From positions 1,116,001 through 1,180,000 of the forward strand of contig CDRNVI010000030.1 of NCBI GenBank assembly GCA_977017575.1: 64,000 nucleotides of DNA. The letters are read 5' to 3'. How positions within the stretch are numbered: the stretch's first letter is position 1; every line of letters begins with the position of its first letter. This DNA is from Paramoeba atlantica (Eukaryota > Protista > Discosea). Of the stretch, positions 43,688 through 51,905 are shown piece after piece. Made by a program: the position numbers and the translations under genes. Under the pieces are notes generated by a model. That model was given only the letters and a program-made list of their open reading frames with translations, was not told where the DNA came from and did not search any database.

Positions 43688-44683
43688 TCACATTGCATAG
43701 TCAATTAAAGCTGGAGACGCCTCCAGGTAGAAAGTCTCGATTTTAGAGCATAAGAGTTCAAGTTGATGTTTGAGTGGCATTTCATTTTGTGGTACAATTT
43801 CGCCTAACTGTTCATGAGGACCACAGTAGCAAAGTGCAAGGCTAGAAATATTGACTAGCTCAACGCAGAATTGCGTAGTCTTTTCTACAGCTTCGCGCAT
43901 ATCATCTAAAAGGTTTTGCAATCGTTCGTTTTCTGAATTTTCTGTCGTTTGGTCTGTATCAGTAGGCGCTTCCGTGCGCATTGTAGCTGGTGGAAAATTC
44001 TTCATTTCCTCTTTCAGCGAACGAATAATGTCTTCAACTTTTTTACGCAAAGGAAAACTGGACTTATCAGAAGAGGTAATTCCTTTCGACGCAACACTCG
44101 AGTCTCTGGCCTGCATCGTGCTATTAATTGCCGTTGAGGACATTGGTGCCGCTAAATTGGCTTGTGACGAGTAAGTCCGCAAGGTTGGTGAGCGACAATC
44201 CGTTCCTACTGTATCGGATTTCGTCGCTTTCTGGATGTCTGACAAGGAGGTTTCTGTGGCTTTAAACTCGCAGCTTTTCGTAGCAGATGGCATGGGCATT
44301 TCCGTGTCTCGTCCCTGTGACACAGTATCCAGCGTGTTCTCCGGAGCTGGTTCAGACAATTCAGATAAAGGATTCACAGACCTCTGCCCGGGCGGCGAAA
44401 ACGGCCAAGAAGTTGGCCTCTCTTTCTTTACTTCTGGCAATGCTGTATCTTCCACTGATCCCGACGTGTGGCCTGGCGTGGCCGCAAACAAGTCGGAGGG
44501 GTCAAACGTATCCGTAACAAGGTCAGCACCCGGGTTCGCAAGATTACTTGAAGATATGATCGGGTTTGTGTTTACTTCACCGTCTTGTGCTGCAGACAAA
44601 GAGGTTAAATCAAGCCCGGCTGCTAGCCAGTCGAATCCCTGAACACTGGATTTCTCTAGGTCAGTGCAAGTTACGGGTTCCAT
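43688..44683 (-). CDS. Hypothetical protein (disordered S/T/P-rich N-half, coiled-coil C-terminus)
   Basis: 331-aa ORF on the gene strand; no family recognised. Confidence 0.65.
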   Translation of the reverse strand: MEPVTCTDLEKSSVQGFDWLAAGLDLTSLSAAQDGEVNTNPIISSSNLANPGADLVTDTFDPSDLFAATPGHTSGSVEDTALPEVKKERPTSWPFSPPGQRSVNPLSELSEPAPENTLDTVSQGRDTEMPMPSATKSCEFKATETSLSDIQKATKSDTVGTDCRSPTLRTYSSQANLAAPMSSTAINSTMQARDSSVASKGITSSDKSSFPLRKKVEDIIRSLKEEMKNFPPATMRTEAPTDTDQTTENSENERLQNLLDDMREAVEKTTQFCVELVNISSLALCYCGPHEQLGEIVPQNEMPLKHQLELLCSKIETFYLEASPALIDYAM

Positions 44684-44895
44684 TTACAATAGATCGGACT
44701 AAGATGTAGCAAAAGAGATAGTACACCTTGATGTGAAATGCGAATGAAACCATATCATCTTTTTTTCGTATTCAAAAGCGTATCGTTGCACTATTTAAGT
44801 ATCCCACATGTGTTTCCGATACCATCTTGTGGGTCTACCAATACCCATTCAGTAATGTACAAAAAAGAGGGGAAATCCCCCATCTCTCCATTCCC

Positions 44896-45570
44896 CTAAA
44901 ACTTAACGATCGGCCGATAACGATACGGTCGGGACCACGTCCCGGGCACCGCATTCATTAACCGGGTATGCACCATTTGCTCATCCTCTGCGGTGATCTC
45001 ATCCTCATTCCAGTCCCTTGGCCTCTCCTCCGGCGTATGCTCCACCGCGGAATTCGCCTCAATCGCATCCACCACATGGTCCTTTCCGGAATCCGACGTC
45101 CCCAGCAGCCCCGCCTGCTCTAATGTCGCATCCAAATCCAACGCCCTCCCCTCTTTTGCTAGGGTAATGTTATGCAGCTCCGCCCACGGGGCATGGTTGC
45201 TCGCGACCGTGTAATGCAGCAACTGTCGTACCGTACTCCCCTGGGGGATACGTACCGTCTGGTAATGTAGCCTTTTCTCCCACCGAGAGGCGACCCAGAC
45301 ATTGGAACTGAACCGCACATGGAACGTAACCTGTGCGGAGCTCACGGGGTCATCCACGACGGGACGCCAGTAGTGACGCTCCGAATCGGGCAAGATCTCA
45401 CGTCGAGGGATTTTACTGTAGTAACACTGGACGGGTCCGGGGGTTGCGGCCTTGATGGGGCCGGGGTAGGTACGGGAGGCCCGGAGACGACGCTCAGCTT
45501 CGTACATTTGTTGCGCGTAGTAGGGGAGTTGACGCTCGTGGAGGCGGAGCGGGGAGGTGCGGAGGAGCAT
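44896..45570 (-). CDS. Mitochondrial-type protein with possible ubiquitin-like (beta-grasp) C-domain
   Basis: MLLRTSPLRL presequence at 45570; VRIPQGSTVRQLL...ITLAKEGRALDLDATLEQAGL resembles ubiquitin-fold spacing. Confidence 0.65.
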   Translation of the reverse strand: MLLRTSPLRLHERQLPYYAQQMYEAERRLRASRTYPGPIKAATPGPVQCYYSKIPRREILPDSERHYWRPVVDDPVSSAQVTFHVRFSSNVWVASRWEKRLHYQTVRIPQGSTVRQLLHYTVASNHAPWAELHNITLAKEGRALDLDATLEQAGLLGTSDSGKDHVVDAIEANSAVEHTPEERPRDWNEDEITAEDEQMVHTRLMNAVPGTWSRPYRYRPIVKF

Positions 45571-45741
45571 GGGGAAGGAAAGGGAAAAAAGGAGGGGGAA
45601 GAAATTTTTGGAGAGTCGGATGGTGTGTCGAAAACAGTAACGGACGAAACATGTAAAACCAGCTCCTGTATGGGTTCTTTTGCAAAGAAATCCATTCTTC
45701 TTTTTCAAGCCAAGGAAACATCCCCCCTTCCCCCCCCTCCC

Positions 45742-46446
45742 TCACCCCCCTCCCTCCCCCTTTCCCCCCCACATCTCCGCCTCCATCATCTTCATCTCCT
45801 CCTTTGTCCTCCCCTCCACCACCTCCTCCACACTCAACCTCCTCCCTCCCCACATCCCCACCGCCGCCTCCCCACCACCCCCCTCCGCCCCCTCACAATA
45901 GTTAATCCCGTACTGCCGAAACGACGGCACCTCCGCGGCCCGTTCCACCGCCCCCCACAGCACCTCCACCAGCCTCCCCCACCCCTCCCCCCCCTCCCCC
46001 CCGACCACCACCGTCTCGTCCACCAGCACGTCAAACGTGGTGTGCACAACGGCGTACCGCCCGTGGGGCCCCAGGTGATGTTTTCGCGTGTCCCGTAGCC
46101 CCGGGGCGGGCCGGGGGAACAGCTGCAGGGGGCCGTGGCCCTGGGGGGGGCGCATGCCGCGCAGGAGCCCGAGGCGGGTGGCGTGGGGGGGGAGGCGGAG
46201 CAGGGCGGTGAGGGCGCGCTGCAGGGGGAGGCGGCAGGGGAGGAGACGGGAGCGGGGGGTGGCGGAGCCGAGGGTGAGGAGGGGGCGGTGGGAGGGGGTG
46301 TGGGGGGAGAGGAGGAGGGCGGTCCAGGTGGCGGCGCGGGCGGCGGGGTTGGCGTGGGAGGCGAAGCGGGGGGTGGGGGTGCCGGGGGGGACGAGGTCGT
46401 CGGGGACGTCGTGGTGGTAGGGGGTGAGGAGGGTGGGGTGGAGCAT
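45742..46446 (-). CDS. Hypothetical protein, compositionally extreme (Pro/Leu-rich then Gly/Glu-rich)
   Basis: ATG ORF on the gene strand; only a weak Maf/ITPase-like echo (LTLGSATPRSRLL, LVDETVVV). Confidence 0.5.
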   Translation of the reverse strand: MLHPTLLTPYHHDVPDDLVPPGTPTPRFASHANPAARAATWTALLLSPHTPSHRPLLTLGSATPRSRLLPCRLPLQRALTALLRLPPHATRLGLLRGMRPPQGHGPLQLFPRPAPGLRDTRKHHLGPHGRYAVVHTTFDVLVDETVVVGGEGGEGWGRLVEVLWGAVERAAEVPSFRQYGINYCEGAEGGGGEAAVGMWGGRRLSVEEVVEGRTKEEMKMMEAEMWGGKGEGGG

Positions 46447-46964
46447 GGGGGGTGTGCAGATGGGTTGTGGGAGTTTGAGAATGTTTTTTGGTCAAAAAGG
46501 TATATTTTTGTACCAATGTTTTTTTCAATGAAATTTCTCTCCGAGGAGTAGAAAAAAGTTATTAAACTTGCCTAAGCATTTTGTCGTTCCTCATTAATAC
46601 TGTACATAAATATTACAAATGCTTGTATTACGGGATTGCAATCCCCTTTCACTTTTGCAATGCGCAAAAGAGTGTTTAGAAATTCTAGGAAGGAATGTTC
46701 ATCCCGTAAGTCAATGGTAGGATTTTACTCACTCAAATAAATTGAGTTTATAGTATTGTATCACTCCCTTAGCAATAGAAGCTCATAGCGAAATAGAATT
46801 TTAAGGGTAATGGTGCTAGAAGGAGCCACTGCTGCGCGCTTCGCGTTGAAAACTACCTCCGCGTTTAACGAAGCGACTAAAAAAGAAAAATTGACAAAAA
46901 ATCATGAATGATATATTTTTTAGGTGAAAACGCCCGATTTTTGGGCCTTTGCCAACGTTGTGGA

Positions 46965-47039
46965 TTGTCAATGTCAGTGCAACAATTTGTCATACTTAGT
47001 GCAACAAATTAATAATAATTGTCATACTCAGCGCAACAA
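46965..47039 (+). repeat. Three left-end copies of TTGTCATACTCAGTGCAACAA
   Basis: 46965-46985, 46987-47007, 47019-47039. Confidence 0.9.
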
Positions 47040-47098
47040 AAGGTTAATTTCTACATAATACACTTCATATACTAATTTCTACATAATTCAGTTCATTC

Positions 47099-48052
47099 AT
47101 GCCAAAGTACAGAAGATTATCTGAAAACAATCGCAAAGATATTCAAACGATGTTTGAAAGTGGCGCCACGAGGAGGGAAATTGCCCGATCGATTGATAAG
47201 TCCCCAAGTACGGTATGTCGTGAGCTGGCACGCAACAGGAAAAGAGGTGGGCAATACCGTTCCAGCCGTGCCCATCGTGTTGCCAAGAGACGACTGGTTA
47301 ATAAAGGAACCAGACCACGTCTAATTCGAGCCAGTCTTGAAAAAAGTGTAAAGACCCGTCTCCGAAAGCTTCACAGCCCGGAGCAGGTTGCTAATACACT
47401 TGTTGTCGGCTCACAAGGTTCACCATCCACTTCCACAATCTATCGATTTGTTCGTCGAGACAAAGACAATGGGGGGAAGATTCATAGGTGCCTACGGATC
47501 CGCGGAAGGCGGCCTTATGTTCGACGCATTCATGGTCGAAGTACCATTCCAAACCGGGTTTCTATCGATCATCGTCCCCAAATAGTAAACACACGACGTC
47601 GGTATGGTGATTGGGAGGCCGATTTAATTGAGGGAGCAAAGAAAAGTGGGTATTTCATCCTGACTCTTTGTGAACGAAAGAGTAGGTTTGTTGTCCTTCG
47701 TGTATTTCAATCCAAGCAGTCAAAAGAAGTTGAAACACAGGTGCTGAAAGCCTTAAAGAAATACAAAGTGCATACCATAACGTATGACAATGGAACTGAA
47801 AACACCAAACATGAAGCCATCAACAAGAAGTTAGGATGCAAATCTTACTTTTGTCATCCTTACCATTCATGGGAAAAGGGGGCCGTTGAAAACATGAATG
47901 GTCTGGTCCGTCAGTATCACACCAAGTCAGATACTTTTGAGGAGTTGACACAGCGCGAAGTTAGTAAGACGGCCAACAAACTGAACAAACGGCCACGAAA
48001 GTGCTTGAAATGGTTCTCCCCAAAGAGCTTGGAAGGCCAAATTTTACTATAA
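47099..48052 (+). CDS. IS30-family DDE transposase, intact (317 aa)
   Basis: HTH_38-type LS..NR..I.......REIAR.I.KSPSTV.REL.RN; GDWEAD-54-D(TYDNG)-33-E(KGAVENMNGLVRQY). Confidence 0.95.
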   Translation: MPKYRRLSENNRKDIQTMFESGATRREIARSIDKSPSTVCRELARNRKRGGQYRSSRAHRVAKRRLVNKGTRPRLIRASLEKSVKTRLRKLHSPEQVANTLVVGSQGSPSTSTIYRFVRRDKDNGGKIHRCLRIRGRRPYVRRIHGRSTIPNRVSIDHRPQIVNTRRRYGDWEADLIEGAKKSGYFILTLCERKSRFVVLRVFQSKQSKEVETQVLKALKKYKVHTITYDNGTENTKHEAINKKLGCKSYFCHPYHSWEKGAVENMNGLVRQYHTKSDTFEELTQREVSKTANKLNKRPRKCLKWFSPKSLEGQILL

Positions 48053-48292
48053 AGAGACGGTACTATACATGAAAGCAGTAAGTTGTATAGCCGTAAGTTG
48101 TAAAGCAGTAAAGGTAAAAAGTTTATCTCTTTACTAAAGAAACGCGTTATGTTGCTCCGTCAATATCGATTATCCAGGTACTCCTTTTTTCTTCTCCTTA
48201 CATAATTTTTTTTTCTTAATCCATTGTTTCTTTCTTAACATGGCTCATACAATCCCGCGTCCGTTTGTGGTGCTGTCCGACCGAAAAAACAG

Positions 48293-48397
48293 TGTTGCAC
48301 TGAGTATGCGAAAATCCTGACATCCGGAACACACCCATATTTTTCTCATTTTTGTTGCACTGAGTATGACAAAAAGGTGTTGCACTGAGTATGACAA
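48293..48397 (-). repeat. Three right-end copies of the same motif, inverted
   Basis: TGTTGCACTGAGTATG(ACAA) at 48293-48308, 48352-48372, 48378-48397. Confidence 0.9.
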
Positions 48398-48780
48398 TCC
48401 ACAACGTTAACTCAAATTTTGGCCGTATTTGATGCTTTACCAGTAGGGGCAAGAGGCGTCTCAAGAAAAACGTCGTAGAATGGTAGCTGAGGTCGCAAGC
48501 TCCCAAAATACCGTATTTTAGGGGCTGCAGCTATTGACTTACGGGATGAACACTATTTAAATTTATTCAAATATTACAAAAATCGTTTTCACTCAGTCGG
48601 AAGAGTCGGTACAAAAACATGCCCGTTTCACCTGTTTTTTTTTGTTTTCACATGCTTTTGGAGAAAAGGGGATGGTGGAAAAAAAAGTGGTGGGAGTGTG
48701 TAGAAAAATAATAATGTTTGGAGAAGTAGAGAGATGTCTGAGCAAACTACATGTTTTTATGTAGAATTTGCCACAGGAAG

Positions 48781-49308
48781 TCAGACCTCGGCTACTTCCT
48801 TAGTATTTTCATCGTCGCTCGACTCCAACTCCCGTCTACGCTTGGAGACGTCCATGCCCCTGGGAGGTTGGATATGACCCTGCTTTTTTATCATGCGCTT
48901 CGGTTTCTCAACTTTGCTGGGCTTGGTGTCGTTTTCACCCCGCTTGTTTTCGCCAGGAAGTTGTGTTGGACTTGTAATAGAGGAAGTCCCCACTCGGTTA
49001 TAAGTCGGCATTTTCGCTGTAGTGTTTCGTAATCTTTGAATGGTCTCTGCACTGGGCTGCCAGTATTTCGAATCACGCGGAATTAAAAAGAAAGGGTCCC
49101 TACTGATAGGGTCAAACGTGTTCGGCTCTCCGTCAGAATTCTCCGTGTCCTCTTGAATTTTCTTAGAAGCAAGAAGGGGGATATTCTTCTTAAAGGTCTC
49201 TGTTTTGCTTCGTAAGGGTCGTCCAGTGGCATAACTGCGACGCTGCTTTTGTTGTGTTGTCTTCTTCCACGCTCCTTCGTTGATTACCATAATGTTCCAA
49301 TGGTGCAA
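48781..49308 (-). CDS. Hypothetical low-complexity basic protein
   Basis: 175-aa ATG ORF on the gene strand; no motif. Confidence 0.4.
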   Translation of the reverse strand: MHHWNIMVINEGAWKKTTQQKQRRSYATGRPLRSKTETFKKNIPLLASKKIQEDTENSDGEPNTFDPISRDPFFLIPRDSKYWQPSAETIQRLRNTTAKMPTYNRVGTSSITSPTQLPGENKRGENDTKPSKVEKPKRMIKKQGHIQPPRGMDVSKRRRELESSDDENTKEVAEV

Positions 49309-49465
49309 TAAGATCGAAAATCGAAATCAAAATTTGAACATACAGTGAAATCTGAACAACATAAAATTACAATGCTTTGCGTGTACCGTCACCCCCTTCA
49401 CGTACATCTTCGAAAAAGTGGGAAAAGACTAAAATCAAAAGCGCTGTTACTACGGTAGCACAATA

Positions 49466-49564
49466 CGCCCCCCCCACTCAAAAATCATGAAAACAGTAAG
49501 AGAAAGGGCCAGTAAGAGAATGGGATTTGGGTCAAAATGACCAAATCTCTCTTACTGGGGGGGC
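49466..49564. mobile_element. Truncated relative of the 18818 MITE
   Basis: CCAAATCTCTCTTACTGGGGGGG is the reverse complement of a CCCCCCAGTAA.A.GATTTGG-like unit; internal CAGTAAGAGAA repeats. Confidence 0.45.
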
Positions 49565-51101
49565 ATGCTTTTTCGGGGGGAAATCTGGACCATTCATCCT
49601 AACTTGGGCTTTTGCACAGAATTGTTTCTAGAGGCGAGATTACGAGGCCGTAAGAAAGGTTTAAAAAAATCATTTTTTCACTTACCCGTGTTCCTAAATA
49701 TTTATTTGCTATAAAATAGTCGGTAGCAAAAAAGGCTAACACTCCGTGGTACAAAGTCTATTTTCCTGCTGGATACATAGAACTCCAGCCCCTCCGTCTC
49801 TTATCCTTCCGGTATCTCTCCGTTCTTCCCCGTCTTCCTCTTCCTCTTCTTCCCGCTCTGCCTCCCCCCTCCTCTCTTTCTCTTCCTTCTTCCTCTTCTG
49901 CCTCTTTCTCTTCTTCACATTTTGTCTCTTCCCTTTCTCTCTCCACCTCCTTCCCCTTCTTTGCTTTTCTCTGCTATCCGTTCCAGCTTCTTATTATGGC
50001 ACAAGCGTGATTCCCCGCAATGGAGCGATGCAGGGACACTGTCCGCATAAGGGATGCAACTAACAGCGTCATATGCGCAAGTTAGTTACATCCTAAAAAT
50101 ACTCTATCTTAAATGGTATGATATCATCATGCTATTTAAATTTCTTACTTAAAATGTATTTCCATGACGCGACACTTTCCCCGACGAACTCATGCCAATG
50201 CCCCGCAGGACTTCACAAGAGAACCACGCGGCGTTCCTACGCGAAACACTACCACATGTGACCATGTAAGCCTCTACTCCGAGCAGAAGATCTCGTCTCT
50301 AATGCCCGCATCACCACTCCACGACATCAAAGGTGCCACAATTTCCGGAAATGACGGCAACACTGTCCGTCACAGACGCCCCCTGCAAACACAAATGTTT
50401 GAACCAGAACACGTGCCTTCATAAGTGTTGCAAAAGATATATGATTAACACGTATGACATAAAAACGAAAAGCTTCCTCGATTGTATGCAAGCAACAGTA
50501 GTAGTCTCGGGCGATTTGATCGGCCTTGTAGGAAAGGATAGGATCTCAGTCGGGGGAACGTGGGGGAGCTGGATTTTCATTGTTCCATCAAAAGATGCCA
50601 GACATGCGTTCGCCCGAACGGAATTCCGTCTCCTGCGCCAGTGGTGAATCTAGAGGGGTTATGCGGGCTTCATGTTGTGCATAATCTGTGTTTGTTTCCG
50701 TTCCCTAGCGGCATAGAGAACAGACTCACGAGGAAAAACTTTTACAAGACTTATTATCCGCGTGGTTCATAGATTCTGCCTCCTAGCCTGCACCGTCTTC
50801 CTTGCTTCCACAGCAAGGTAGCGACATAAAAGTGGTGGAAAGTAGTGGGGAAGATGAGCATTACGAAACAGTCAACCAACTCGTCAAAGACAGTGATATA
50901 GCAGGTGAAACAACACATGGATGGGAAGAACATACATGTATACTGTGACCCCCTTTAATGTCGACGCAAATTCGTTTCCCGTCTCTACTCCCAGGTCTCC
51001 TTTGATCGTAACACGTGAGAGACAATGCTTCCTATGAGAGATTCCGGTAGGAGACAAAATTCTGATAAGGCCAAGAAGCAGCACCATTTTATTACGCCGT
51101 C

Positions 51102-51632
51102 CTATCGTTCGTCATGTTGCTTGGCTAATGAAACCGTAAAGGGGGTTATTTTTTCCTTTCTGTGCGTCAAGAAAATTGGAGGAGTTGAAAAATATCCCGC
51201 CGTCTCATGATTCTTGTACTGCAATTTTGCTTCTGCGAAGCTTAGCGGTTTTCCTTCAGTCCCGTTCTTTTCAGAAACGTTTTGTTCATTATTGCTTACA
51301 GTGAAAATGGCATTCTCTTCTTCGGGTAAATTGTAGGCATCACCAGCGTCGGAAAAATCGTCGCCGCTTAACCGGGCGAGAAAACGGTCCTTTGCGCTCT
51401 TTCGAGTGTCTTCTACGCTCTGCCACTTTAACCTATTAATCCACGAGGACGCGGCTTGAGGTGACATTGTGGCTTGAGAATCGGTTGTTGACGCACGATC
51501 TTTTGATGATTCAGCAACTCTCGAAGCTTCCCCTTCCGTCGGGTTTTCCGCTTGTTCCTTTATGGATCTTTCTTCATACCGCGTTCTGAACTTTTCTAGC
51601 ATTGCTAGAGTCCGTGCTCTGTGCTCTTGCAT
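51102..51632 (-). CDS. Hypothetical charged protein
   Basis: 176-aa ATG ORF on the gene strand. Confidence 0.55.
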   Translation of the reverse strand: MQEHRARTLAMLEKFRTRYEERSIKEQAENPTEGEASRVAESSKDRASTTDSQATMSPQAASSWINRLKWQSVEDTRKSAKDRFLARLSGDDFSDAGDAYNLPEEENAIFTVSNNEQNVSEKNGTEGKPLSFAEAKLQYKNHETAGYFSTPPIFLTHRKEKITPFTVSLAKQHDER

Positions 51633-51905
51633 TAGACATACGTAATAGTAAGTATGGTGATCCGGCAGAATCTACAACTAACTGCAACTTCAACACTTTA
51701 TAACTGCAACTCAATTTTCAATTGCTACAAAATATGAAAACCTAATCTATGAAAGAATCTTTTGGGATTGGAACAAAGTGTAACTATTCTGCTTTTGATG
51801 AACGAAAACCATGTTCTCCAAGTAAACTCGTAAACAAGGAGAAATAGAAGTGAAGCAGCACACGAAAGGGTGCTTTGATGCTCGCACAAATTAGAAACGC
51901 AGCAA

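Larger units (their letters stand above)
46959..48403 (+). mobile_element. IS30-family insertion sequence, 1445 bp
   Basis: 26-bp IRs TGTGGATTGTCAATGTCAGTGCAACA / TGTTGCACTGAGTATGACAATCCACA (23/26 match); ACGT direct repeat on both sides within AACGTT; single transposase ORF. Confidence 0.92.
46696..48552. mobile_element. Outer element with perfect 20-bp TIRs enclosing the IS30
   Basis: TGTTCATCCCGTAAGTCAAT (46696-46715) / ATTGACTTACGGGATGAACA (48533-48552); no TSD seen. Confidence 0.75.

Noticed and set aside
45742-46446. Maf/ITPase annotation
   Set aside because: Two weak motif echoes only; the rest is not alignable
45319-46551. + strand Pro-rich and Gly-rich ORFs
   Set aside because: Shadows of two minus-strand genes in skew islands
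46965-47039. Repeat array as a mini-CRISPR
   Set aside because: Gaps of 1 and 11 bp, an inverted set at the other IS end and no cas genes; these are IS end repeats
48216-48506. 96-aa minus ORF as IS30 cargo
   Set aside because: Crosses the right IR and translates the repeats; no motif
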